This document shows positions 11,485 through 22,504 of a stretch of 33,247 nt of DNA, piece by piece (within the stretch, counting starts at the first letter, position 1; each line of letters begins with the position of its first letter). Source of the stretch: Octopus bimaculoides. Its lineage: Eukaryota. Position numbers and translations under genes: made by a program. The notes under the pieces were generated by a model. It was not told the origin of the DNA, ran no database searches, and saw only the letters and a program-made list of their open reading frames with translations. The stretch spans positions 34,528,364 through 34,561,610 of the forward strand of contig NC_068987.1 of the NCBI RefSeq assembly GCF_001194135.2. Direction: 5' to 3'.

Positions 11485-12096
11485 NNNNNNNNNNNNNNNN
11501 NNNNNNNNNNNNNNNNNNNNNNNNNNNNNNNNNNNNNNNNNNNNNNNNNNNNNNNNNNNNNNNNNNNNNNNNNNNNNNNNNNNNNNNNNNNNNNNNNNNN
11601 NNNNNNNNNNNNNNNNNNNNNNNNNNNNNNNNNNNNNNNNNNNNNNNNNNNNNNNNNNNNNNNNNNNNNNNNNNNNNNNNNNNNNNNNNNNNNNNNNNNN
11701 NNNNNNNNNNNNNNNNNNNNNNNNNNNNNNNNNNNNNNNNNNNNNNNNNNNNNNNNNNNNNNNNNNNNNNNNNNNNNNNNNNNNNNNNNNNNNNNNNNNN
11801 NNNNNNNNNNNNNNNNNNNNNNNNNNNNNNNNNNNNNNNNNNNNNNNNNNNNNNNNNNNNNNNNNNNNNNNNNNNNNNNNNNNNNNNNNNNNNNNNNNNN
11901 NNNNNNNNNNNNNNNNNNNNNNNNNNNNNNNNNNNNNNNNNNNNNNNNNNNNNNNNNNNNNNNNNNNNNNNNNNNNNNNNNNNNNNNNNNNNNNNNNNNN
12001 NNNNNNNNNNNNNNNNNNNNNNNNNNNNNNNNNNNNNNNNNNNNNNNNNNNNNNNNNNNNNNNNNNNNNNNNNNNNNNNNNNNNNNNNNNNNNNNN
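11485..12096. other. Assembly gap (612 N)
   Basis: Run of N. Confidence 1.
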
Positions 12097-12470
12097 GGTG
12101 TGATGGTGTTGGGGAGGGGAGGCGACATTGGGGAAAGCACGGATGGGGTGGGGTTTAGGTTGGGGTGGGGTAGAGGTGGGGTATGTTGCAGGCAGAGGTT
12201 GGGGGTATGTGAGGTATACGGGTGGGTAGGTGGAGAGTGGTGTGGGGGATATGGAAGCGGGTATAGGGGATGAGGTGTAAGGGACGGGATGGGGTGTGAT
12301 GGGAAAGAATGCGAAGTTGGGGTAGGAGTGTGTGGTGGTGAGGTGGGCTTATGAGGGAGCGTTGACGATAAAGGGGAAGGAGAAGGTGTGTATGAGAGAA
12401 AAGAGAAAGAGAGGAGACAGAATGAGAGTAAGGGAGAAGAGAGAAAGAGAGTAGGGGTGAAGAGAAGTAG
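12097..12470 (+). repeat. G-rich grading to GA-rich low-complexity tract
   Basis: Multiple GGGG runs at 12111-12325, then GA-rich to ~12470. Confidence 0.85.
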
Positions 12471-12504
12471 GAGTCGGATCAAGAGAAATAAATAAATAAA
12501 TACG

Positions 12505-12538
<34 letters not shown>

Positions 12539-12627
12539 AACACACACACACACACGCACACAAAAACATATATATATATATAGTATTAATTGATAATAGC
12601 TGAATTGCGCATTATACTTTTATTAGA

Positions 12628-12669
12628 TACAACAAATATTTCAACCCATCGGTCTGGTCTCTTCAGGTA
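12628..12669 (-). ncRNA. Type I hammerhead ribozyme-like motif
   Basis: TAC-CTGAAGA-GACC[agaccgatg]GGTT-GAAA-TATTT-GTT-GTA: intact CUGANGA and GAAA cores, stem II 4 bp (one G.U), stem I TAC/GTA, GUU triplet; AATAAA a few nt downstream. Confidence 0.7.
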
Positions 12670-12839
12670 CACTGATAAACAATTCTCCCTATGTACGTAT
12701 TTGTATGCATGTATAAATATGTGTGTACGTATATGTGTTTATATACATATCTATACACACATATGTATTTGTGTGTGTGTATATATATATAGTAGTTAAA
12801 TTTGTGTGTGTATATATAGATAGTAGTTAAATTTGAAGG

Positions 12840-14150
12840 GCTTGGTTATGTAAAGACAACTGATGGGTTCAGCAGAGGCAGCCGAGGCTGAAGAGGAAGC
12901 TACCATCACAATCACCTCAATCCCTATCCAAGAACCCGTACCATAAATCACAACAACAAGGCACCCAATAACAGCAACTACATAACAGCCACCATCCCAA
13001 TCACCTCAATCATTTTTCTTATACCCAGTATGCCAACACAATGATCCTAGATAACGTCAGACAGCAGAAACAAAGGTGATAAAAATCATCAAGCTAACCC
13101 AGAATTAACACCAGACCAAATCAACATACTCTCCAAGGGACTCAAATTTACACCAACCTCCCCACACCCTAAGTACAATGAATGAGAGAAGACGTTGAAT
13201 TCTGTAGAAAATTACGACTCGCCGAGGAACTATACGAGAGATACGAGGACGAAACTTAGTTCAAAATGAAAATAATTACACCACATCAAAAGGTAAGAAC
13301 AAAATTCTTGACCATTTCTGTGAACACATCACGAATTACCCATATCAGCATACACATTACTCATATCAGTATACAAAAACATAGATACAAACCAAACTTC
13401 ATGAAAATAGAGTGAGCTGAGCTGAACAGATTAAATATGATAAGACAATCATAATCAAAGTGGCTGGCAAAGGTAGTGCAGCGGTCTTAATGGACACTGT
13501 ATATTATATAACCCTGGTACTATTCATATTAGAACACACAACATATGAAAAGGTGCAACACTAGAGTCAGTAGAAAATAATGGAAAAACCTAAAAACAGT
13601 GTTAAACTTATGAAGAATAGTCCTCACCGACAAGGAATACTTCGATAGTAAATCCAGTCAATTCTACAGTATTCCTAAGATACACAAAAGTGAACAATTA
13701 CGTAACGTATGCAGGGGAGCCTCATACATAATAGTCAATGTGACTATTCCCAATGACCGCAAATTAAGATCCATAATAGCAGGCCCCGAATGTGAAACTT
13801 ACAGCCTCAGTAACTTTTTAAACACCCTCTAAAAATCAATCCTTAAGCACATCAAATGCGACATAAGGGACGACCTAAATATGTTCAGTCACCTGAAACA
13901 ATAAATAGAAACACTCTACTAGTATCCTTCGATGTAGTCAACCTCTATTCCAATATCCCTCATGGCCTAGGAATAGAGGCAATCCAGTTTTGGCTAGACA
14001 ATTACTCCAATGTATTGCCACACCGCATCAAAAATGAATTCGTAATACAAGGGCTAAAATTCATCTCCAAAAATAACTTCTTCGTATTTAATGACAAATA
14101 TCTATCGACAAAAATCGGGGACTGCAATGCGCACGCAAATGGTCTGTGAA
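12840..14150 (+). mobile_element. Penelope-like retroelement PLE-B: 5' region and N-terminal half of RT, 3'-truncated
   Basis: INILSKGLKFTPT (13135-13158); EFCRKLRL; IIIKVAGKGSAAVLMD; FYSIPKIHKS (13662-13691); LRSIIAGPECET; LVSFDVVNLYSNIPHGLG (13917-13970); NNFFVFNDKY..QKSGTAM (motif B'); no YxDD, thumb or EN follows. Confidence 0.93.
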
Positions 14151-14339
14151 GATGTATGTAGCTGGAAGAGCACAGCAATTTACAACTTGCTTTAGTCACT
14201 TATTTGTCAAACCATGCAGTAGTGCAACATGACTGAACAGTTATCTAAAAGTTCATGCGGAGAAAGCTACAAATATCATTGTTGTCTCATGTAGAAGCAC
14301 AAAGAGACGACACTCACATTCGAAAACAGTGAAGACATC

Positions 14340-14342
<3 letters not shown>

Positions 14343-14386
<44 letters not shown>

Positions 14387-14415
14387 TGTGTGTGCTTGCG
14401 TCTGTNNNNNNNNNN
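14343..14415. repeat. (TG)n microsatellite ending in a 10-N gap (14406-14415)
   Basis: Direct reading. Confidence 0.97.
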
Positions 14416-14559
14416 CGTGGTTTTGTGTGTGTCATGTGTGTAAGTACATGAAACAAAAGCGTAAAGATCCTGTTCCTTCACGAATGACGATGGAATTGTA
14501 CTTACAAAGTTACACTCTGAACCAGGCTGTTTATGGAAAGCTAGCAATCGCTCATGCAT

Positions 14560-14702
14560 ACACGCCTCCCCTCTCTACACGCGACCGATGTTATTCAGAG
14601 AAAGGCAAAGGCAAAGACCGAAAAACAGATTGGCACCAGTGACGTTGCAACCAATTTCTACAGCTGAGTAAAATAAAATATCGTGAAATAAAGAGTCTTG
14701 CA
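14560..14702 (-). mobile_element. Probable SINE body fragment lacking its tRNA head
   Basis: TTGGCACCAGTGACGTTGCAAC..TTTCTACAGCTGAGT...GTGAAATAAAG.GTCTTGC matches my recollection of a cephalopod SINE body; no internal check possible in this window. Confidence 0.45.
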
Positions 14703-15270
14703 CGCGCATAAAATTTTAAATTTTAGAAATGAACACCATCTAATTTAAGAGGGTACATATAGCGGGTATTGATCTTCTTTTGATTGATTTCAAAATAAAT
14801 AAGACCCATACGAAAATTAGATGTGTAGTATGCACTCAGTTTTTAACTTTACTATATCTAAACACATCTATAATATGATCAAATAACATTGGTCATAATA
14901 TAGGGTACCAATATCACTCACTATGTTTATATAGGCCCATATTGGTTCCATGAACTCACCTGGGTAATCCATAACAGAAAACAATTGAACGGTTACTAAG
15001 CTTTCTCAAAAACAGATGTTAATAAGAGAATGAACTATGAGTCTCATCAACTATAATTGACATAATTTTCCCAATGTAGAATACTCAGCTTCACTTGTAT
15101 TTCGATTATTTGCTGGCAATGTCTTAAGTTTTTATTATGCATAGCTTCTCAGCGGACATTTAAAAATCAAGCTCTTCATTTGTTGAAAACCTGCGATAAC
15201 ATTATTATTTGATCCATAGCTTAATACAATTGATAATATTTTAAAAGTTCACCATAAATATCGCTATAAA

Positions 15271-15487
15271 TCTTCCCCCTTGACAGGCTTCCCTTGGCTC
15301 TGTTGGCAGTTTCCCTTGGAACCGTTGGCAATCTTCCCTTGTCACCCTTGGCAGTCTTCTCTTCGCTCTCTTGACAGATGTTCCTAGGCTTTCTTGGCCG
15401 TCTTCTCTTAGCTCTCTTGGCAGTCTTTCTTTGACTCACTTGGTAGTTTACGTGATCCCTTGGCAGCCTCCCTTCAGTCTTCAGCTG
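15271..15487. repeat. Degenerate ~23-bp minisatellite, 8-9 units
   Basis: Units such as GTCTTCTCTTCGCTCTCTTGACA / GTCTTCTCTTAGCTCTCTTGGCA / GTTTCCCTTGGAACCGTTGGCA, head-to-tail with no spacers. Confidence 0.85.
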
Positions 15488-17272
15488 TAAACGCGTTTGT
15501 TTAATTATACAGGTTGGCTCTTTTTATTACAGGTATTTCCTTAGTTTCAGCAACTGAATGAATGTTGGTATTAAATCTAGTCGTACTCTATGTAAACCAC
15601 CCTACAGCAGGTTCAATCCTGCTCACTTGCTTACACAGTCTTTCATGTTCCCGAATTCCACTTGAAACAGCGGTCTATGAAGAGTACTTGCCTAAATTAT
15701 AGTTAACTAGAACGAAAAACATAAGTTGCAAAGTGAAAGATTTCGCCATATTTCAATTCATAACATAGATTCAATTTGCTTAGGAACAGAGTTGAGCAAT
15801 GCAAAGATATGTTGCATTTCGATCCGTGTTCTCAGAGTAAAATTTGGTTAGTAATTTATGTACAGAAAGAGATTTTGACGTATATCTTCAACCATCTTTT
15901 TTCATTTATATATTTGTATTGATTGTATTGGCATTTAATAGACACTTCAATATCGCGTCTGGTTCACCATAATCAATATTGTTTAAATTTAGATATTACA
16001 ATTTTATTACAGAGGATTTCTGTTCATAATTCGCTTAAAGAAATGAACGACATTATGTCTTTTAGGCTTCATTCCCGCCTAATGCATCCCTGAATAGACC
16101 AGCATCGTTTCTAAAGCTCGTATGTGGCTGTTGTGAATTAAAATCTCTTGTTATTTGGATTTGATTGTCTAATAACTACATTGAAAATAGCGAAAATATC
16201 CATCATGTCAACGTTGAAAAGCTTCTTCTTATGAGTTCCTTTCCGTTTAAACATTTAGGTCTTTGCAGTAAAAACAATAACTTAAAAGGATTAAATGACA
16301 GGATATTATTTGTAATAAGACATTTAAAATAGGAATATACAAATGGCGAGAAAGTTACAGAATATAATTCTGATTGTAAATTTGTCTACGTTTCACAACC
16401 AGTTCGTTAATAGGAAAACGCAAAACGAAAATAGCGTTTCTAATACATTGAAAATAATAAAGTGATATATATGCCTTATCCTTTGAAATAGCGAGGGCAA
16501 TATTTCACGGCAGTAGTTTCTTGTGTTTTCGAAGTTCTATTTCAAACTTATTTATTGATCACCTGCAGAAGCAAAGAGAAATTTACAATTCATTCTAATA
16601 ATCATAAAATTGATAAGATATTCAGGTGACGTAAATGACTTGGGATATATAAATGGCGAAGAATAAAACGTAACGGCTAAAAAAAAAGAGACTACTCAAC
16701 ATAATTGGCTGAGATATATGGTTATGGAATGTAAAGCCATTCATAATTATCCTTTTTGTTGAAATCGGTAACACATTGACTATAATTGCAAGAAGAGATG
16801 TTTGCTGAAATATTAGTTGTAGTTGGCTTCACAAGATAATCACCAACAGAAGTATAAATTACACGTTTGACAGAGAGTTCTATGCAATATTTATCTGCTG
16901 TCGTGTGCAGTGAAGCTTTAAAGACGTTAATTATTTACACTGACTGATGACGTGTCAACATTAATTGGTATATAATTCCTGATTATACTGACCATAGGTC
17001 GGACACTGGCTGTTAAAAGTGACACGTCATGTGACCAGGTAAGCAGGATAATCGTTAGTTTTCGGAACACAAAAATGACACCCAAAATTGACAACTTCGA
17101 AAATGATGTATAGCAATTCTGTCTATATAGAACAGCAATTATATCAACAGTTACTTAGTGGGCATTATTTCGATAATCTTCTTTGGAGCTGGCAAAGCAA
17201 TATACAAATGGGATTTCAGTAGACCAAATCGATATTTAAATCAGTACACATTTATGTGTGAGAAAGAGAGAG

Positions 17273-17274
<2 letters not shown>

Positions 17275-17314
<40 letters not shown>

Positions 17315-17415
17315 TGTGTGTGTGTGTATGTGTGAATGTGTATTTGTGTATAGATAGGCATATATATACAATTTATGTGCATATGCATGAGTATATATAT
17401 ATATATATTAGATAG
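17275..17415. repeat. (TG)n and (TA)n microsatellites
   Basis: Direct reading. Confidence 0.95.
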
Positions 17416-17419
17416 AATG

Positions 17420-18130
17420 CGATTAAAAAAAACCCAAGTCTGTGAAGTGTTTTCAGGACATTCATAATGAAATAGTCTTAGAGTTGTTTCTGGGATATTA
17501 TGGATATCTCTTCATCAGAGACGGTGTGAGAAAAGATTTGAGTTCTAATTATTGTGGAAAATTAGGAGATAGTGAATATGGAAGGAAATAAGACAATGTA
17601 AGGAGAAATAAGATATATAAATATATTGTAGTTGCCGTTCCATTATTCGAGGGGAATGGGGTATAGAAATGGTAAAAAAGTTTTCTGTACATGGTATCTA
17701 AGTTCCGGTAGCAGTTCATGTTTATTCATTTCAAAGTATTGAGCCGTGGAATCTGTGTTGCTCGTTTAAAAGGGTTTTGCGGTGTGAATGAAAATTTGAG
17801 AATATATTGGTAGTATTTGTGTAGAGATGAGGGGGAGGGGAGATATGTATGATTAGAAAGAGGAGCTAGGTGAAATTTAAAACAGAAGGAGTAAATGAGA
17901 GAAAGAAAAAGATGAGACGGTAACGAGTAAAAGAATGCGAAAAATGTGAGTAAGGGTGATATAATGAAGCTGCATTAAGGGATGGGTAGAGAAAAGGTAT
18001 GGGTGGGGTGATACCGAAGTGAGTAGTAGTTTTTGTAGTAAAATTTGAAGTGGGGGCAGAATACAAGGATGTCAAATTACGTATGTGATAGGTTAGTGAT
18101 AGGAAGGAATGAGGGAGGGGGAAAGAATGT
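17420..18130 (-). mobile_element. Probable PLE 3' UTR/pLTR remnant containing a hammerhead
   Basis: Pyrimidine-rich non-coding tract (minus strand) leading into an HHR at 17522-17475 and ending in a T-rich tail plus (TA)n; the 5' boundary is uncertain. Confidence 0.5.
17475..17522 (-). ncRNA. Type I hammerhead ribozyme-like motif
   Basis: GTCT-CTGATGA-AGAGATAT[ccata]ATATCCCA-GAAA-CAACT-CTA-AGAC: intact cores, stem I GUCU/AGAC, stem II 6 of 8 pairs, minimal stem III with a C.C mismatch, CUA triplet. Confidence 0.8.
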
Positions 18131-18144
18131 ATAATGGCTTAGGT

Positions 18145-18427
18145 ACGCATGCACTCACATACATATATATGTGCGAATATGTATGCATACACACACACTT
18201 ATACAGATATATGCATCTGCCTATACATACACATGCACATATACACATGCATACTCACGCATATCCGTAGATGTATTCATACACGCATATGCGCGCGCCT
18301 ACACGTATATATACACACACACGCACATACCGGTGCGCAGGTGCACCCGCCTTTACAGTCATACGCATGCGCGCATAGTTACATACGTACACATATATAC
18401 ACATATACACACTCATTCATATATATT

Positions 18428-18458
<31 letters not shown>

Positions 18459-18518
18459 GCTCGTACACATACATACATACACACACACGCACATATATAT
18501 GTGTATAGCCACACACAC

Positions 18519-18562
<44 letters not shown>

Positions 18563-18600
18563 CACAAACACACACAAGTATATATATATACCAAATATGT
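18145..18600. repeat. Degenerate (CA)/(TA)/(CATA) low-complexity tract
   Basis: Direct reading; source of H/T/Y/I pseudo-ORFs. Confidence 0.93.
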
Positions 18601-18774
18601 ACATGAAAAATATAGAATGATACATGTGTTAGCATGTCTTAGTTGGGAAAATGTTTCAAATACTTTTCTTTTTTTACTGAAAAAGAATTTACATTGCGCT
18701 ATACTGCATGTATTTATATGTTTACTACGTAAATTTAATAAAGATGTGAATATGAATGTCTTTCAGAGATTCTG

Positions 18775-18925
18775 AGAGATGTTCGGAATTATTCAAATTA
18801 ATCTTTGAAAAACACAACAATGTCCAATACCATTCTATATTGCCCCAAAGAAAAATACAATACACAGAATACAATTCTATTTATCCCCATTAAAACAGAA
18901 ACTCATTTTCTATAAGTTCATCAAA
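18775..18925 (+). mobile_element. Possible L2/CR1-group LINE ORF2 extreme C-terminal fragment
   Basis: CSELFKLI....N..YHSILP...Y......P(I)KT...F...FI resembles the C..LF..I.....LH.LLP....Y.LR....P..KT.RF.NSFI ending of these LINEs. Confidence 0.4.
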
Positions 18926-19274
18926 CACTACAGAGATATTGCTCAACGGGGTTTGTTATGGTCAAAGTAACTCCGACAAGGAAACTCCTACTGAAATATC
19001 TCTCTGCTACTCCTCTTAATATTCCATCATCTCTCAAAAACCCTTTAGTACTTACTGTTATGACAGTCGATATTCTACATTTTCTTCTCTTTATATAGAT
19101 CTTTCTTGACACCATCGACTTGTAACAGTTCGTGAGAAATATCAACCTGAATCAAGTCATATCTGTATTCCAAACACTTCAATGATTATATGACACGAAA
19201 AACTATTCAAGTGATGTAAATTAAAAGAATAAAACGAGTACAAACACGCCTCCTGTACATATTCATGAACATAC

Positions 19275-19314
19275 ATACAAACATACACAAGTGCATACAA
19301 ACATACATAAGTAC

Positions 19315-19379
<65 letters not shown>

Positions 19380-19438
19380 AATCACATATTTTTACAGATT
19401 TATATATATATATATGTGTGTGTGTGTCTGTGTGTGTG

Positions 19439-19479
<41 letters not shown>

Positions 19480-19513
19480 ATGTATGTTTGTATGCACTTG
19501 TGTATGTTTGTAT
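19275..19513. repeat. Long inverted repeat / hairpin
   Basis: 19275-19314 is the exact reverse complement of 19474-19513 (40/40); inner arms (CA)n(TA)nAATC and GATT(TA)n(TG)n; 13-nt loop ACATATTTTTACA. Confidence 0.92.
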
Positions 19514-19939
19514 CAATGCTACCGAATAAGTGTCACGTATTTTTACAGATAAATTCCTCTATTTACATAACATCGAGGTCTCTTTCTTTGTTTTGTTATC
19601 TTAAATTTTCGTTGCGTCTTACAACTTTTTCAAGTGTCGTTGACCCTGTCCGTTATCTGAGCTGCGTTACTTTTATTTGTTTGCGCGTGTTTGTGTGCGC
19701 ATACACATGTATGCATGTATGCATGTATGTATGTATGCATACATGCAAGTGCGTATGCATGTATGTGTGTGCGTATGCATATATGTATGTATGTGTGTAT
19801 GTTTTTACGTTTGTATTCTGCATATTCTTGTTTTTGTGTGTTCGTGATTAAGTGTTTTATGTGTTTAGGTGTGCGTGTCTCTACCTCTGTCTCCTTGTGT
19901 GAGCATGACTGTGTGTGTCTGTGTATGGGTTCTTGTGAC

Positions 19940-21525
19940 AATGTATGTAACGATGTGCGTCTCCATATGTGTCTTTGCATGTAGTGGAATGTGTGTGCAA
20001 AAGGTCATGTGTTTCAATCTTCATGTTCGTATGTATGTGAATATGTGCGCTTGTCTGTTGTGTGTTTACATTTATATCCATTTCCTTACATATATGTGCA
20101 CATATTTATACGTATACACACACGCATACATACATCTATATAACAGCCCAGTAACTGTTCTACATGAATATAAATATAAACTGTGGGTTGGGGGTATGGT
20201 AGCTGCTACTTATATTTCCTTTTTAGTACTGGGGATGTTTCATTTATGTATTTGTTGAAAGGTTGGGTTCATTGGGTGCTTAGATAAAATGCGGATGATA
20301 AGGTGACCCAGATTTCCAATATGTTGGGCCTTGGCATGTGGGTAGTGTATGGAGAATTGTTTTTTGTCGTCATATTGACTGAAATGTTCATTTTGTCTTT
20401 CAATAATGCTCCTAGATGTCTCTCTTATGTATATGATGTTCATGTCTTTACAAGCACCTTCTATGCACCTTTTACTCTAGACCGCATTTGTGTAACCCGT
20501 ATATTATAGGAACATCATTGTTGGATGCTTGGAAATTGTGTGCACTCCATTTCTTAGGTTCGTGTATGTTGCACCATATTCCAAAGAGTGCATTGAGGAA
20601 GTTTCTACTCTTTCATGTTTCTATGGTGCCACTTTTCTCATGCCACTGAAGTGTTTTGCATTGTCTAGGCGTAGCTCTGCAAGCTGTCTATTGAGAGTCT
20701 GCCACACCTATCCGTAGGGTGGCACACTTATTCCCTGTTCCTAATTTGCCGTTCCAGTTTTTCTAGGCATTTGGCAACATATAAACTGAGTTGGTGGAAC
20801 CCCTTCCCCTCATCATGTTTTTAAAACAAACATGGTGAACAAAGCAAACACTGTGATCACGTGGTACAAAACCAAGAAATATCAAGGTGTAAAGTAAACA
20901 TAGTTGCGGTCTGTTCTGCAAAGCATTGTTTACGTTTTCTGAACCACAATGTCATGAGGATGCTGATAACATCTCGAACTACACGGACACCAATGGCTGC
21001 ACCTTGAGCCTGCATGTTTAGTTTCTTGTTAAACTTAACTATAACGTTCTTACGTTAGCCCCTATTGTTTGTGCAATCATTCCTCTCACTTGATTGTTGT
21101 TCTCAGGGTCTTGAGTGGGTGCGGTCCAGACAGTCCAGTGCTCTGCGGTGCTTTTCTTCACTGCTGTGGTGATGGTGGATGGTCTTCCCTCTGTGAGCTG
21201 AGGGGTAACATGTACTGAGGTCATAGTCGTCTAAATAGTCACTGTCATAGCTTAGTCTAAGGAGAAGACCCAGTTCTCTTGTGTTGACTTCACGGAACTA
21301 TACTTCACTCTCGCAGATTATCTTTATGCATTTCTCCACAGCAAAAGCTATGTCTAAAGATAGGTAGAGTGAAATCACATCCATACTATCTACTATACAA
21401 CCTGTGAGGTCGTTGTAGTGGTTGCAAGTACTGATTTTACTGAGAAGTTACTCCATGCTCACAGATATCTGAGGACAATTCTATGGGAGGTCGTAATGTC
21501 TGTGAGAGGAAGTAGGATATCAAGG
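19940..21525 (-). mobile_element. Penelope-like element PLE-C (Neptune-type RT with insertion, GIY-YIG, 3' UTR), decayed and internally deleted
   Basis: LISYFLSQTLRP; IVDSMDVISLYLSLD; RELGLLLRLS; GRPSTIT insert; KFNKKLNMQAQGAAIGV (motif B'); YxDD not found; EN NAV....C....CKDMNIIYIRETSRSIIER..EH (20489-20240). Confidence 0.9.
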
Positions 21526-21528
21526 TGT

Positions 21529-22300
21529 GGTGTTTGTAGAGTCCAAGCCCCATGGAAAACTAACCCATAGATTTAGGAAAGCTATGAAGGAGACCAAACT
21601 CAAAACTAAGATAGTTGAATAGCCAGTGAACTCCATTAAATCACAATTATGTAGGACGCACCGATTAGAGAATAACATATGCACCAAATATAACTGCATG
21701 GTATGTAGGATTAACTCTGGCATTAACTGTAGAACGAAAAATGTAGTCTACAGCATAATGTGTATAAAGGTTACTTGTAAAGACATAAGCATGATATACA
21801 TAGGAGACACATCTAGGAGCATTGCGGAAAGACTAAGTGGACATTTGAGACGATATGATGACAAAAAAGGATCCTCCATACTCTACCAAGATGCAAAGGA
21901 TCAATATGGAGGCAACTTGGGTCTACCTGACATGCGCATTTTATCCAAGCAGCTGAAGGGCCCAACCCTCAGACAAATACACGAGTACGTACTCATAAAT
22001 TAAACATCCTCAGTACTAAATAAGAAATATACTTAGTAGTTATCATACCTCCAATCCACAGTTTATATTTATATTCAGGTAGAATAGTTAGTGTGCTGTT
22101 ATGTAGATGTATGCATGTATGTGTGTGTGTGGGTGTGTATACGTATACATATATGCACATGTATGTAGGCAGATCCTACATACACATGGATATACAGATG
22201 GATACGTACATAGGTAATATGAACAGACAAGTACATCATACACAAATACATACGCAAAGAAGGCTGAAACAGATTACCATATGCACACACACACCTACAC
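21529..22300 (+). mobile_element. Inverted 3' segment of the same PLE family (thumb end, Cys linker, GIY-YIG, 3' UTR)
   Basis: VFVESKPHGKL...KTKIVE*PVNSIKSQLCRT; C..YNC.VC....NCRTKNVVYSIMC....CKD....YIGDTSRSIAERLSGH; 95/120 identity to the reverse complement of 20370-20489. Confidence 0.92.
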
Positions 22301-22504
22301 ACACGCACACACACGCACACACACACACGCACACACATGCACACACACACACAGAAATCTACTGCAACCAGTAAATTGTCTGCTTTCTGATTCTGATCTA
22401 TAGACTACACGCACACACACTCATATATATATATATATGCATATGCATCCATCCATCCATTCATACATGCATACATACATACATACATACATACATACAT
22501 ACAT

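Noticed and set aside
12789-12835. 16-bp direct repeat ATAGTAGTTAAATTTG x2 as a target-site duplication
   Set aside because: It encloses only 15 bp of microsatellite; more simply a local slippage duplication.
12840-14150. Recoded (selenocysteine) in-frame TGA or N-terminal-endonuclease PLE type
   Set aside because: Stops are mixed TAA/TAG/TGA with frameshifts (ordinary decay), and where an EN is present in this window it is C-terminal.
15271-15487. CRISPR-like array or Lys/Arg-rich ORF 15221-15439
   Set aside because: Units are head-to-tail without unique spacers, there are no cas genes, the context is eukaryotic, and the 23-bp period is incompatible with a coding repeat.
17158-20258. Many CV/YI/HT-rich ORFs (also 7477-7780, 22093-22682, 27085-27465, 29865-30077, 31997-32191)
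   Set aside because: These are translations of di-, tri- and tetranucleotide repeats with no domain signal.
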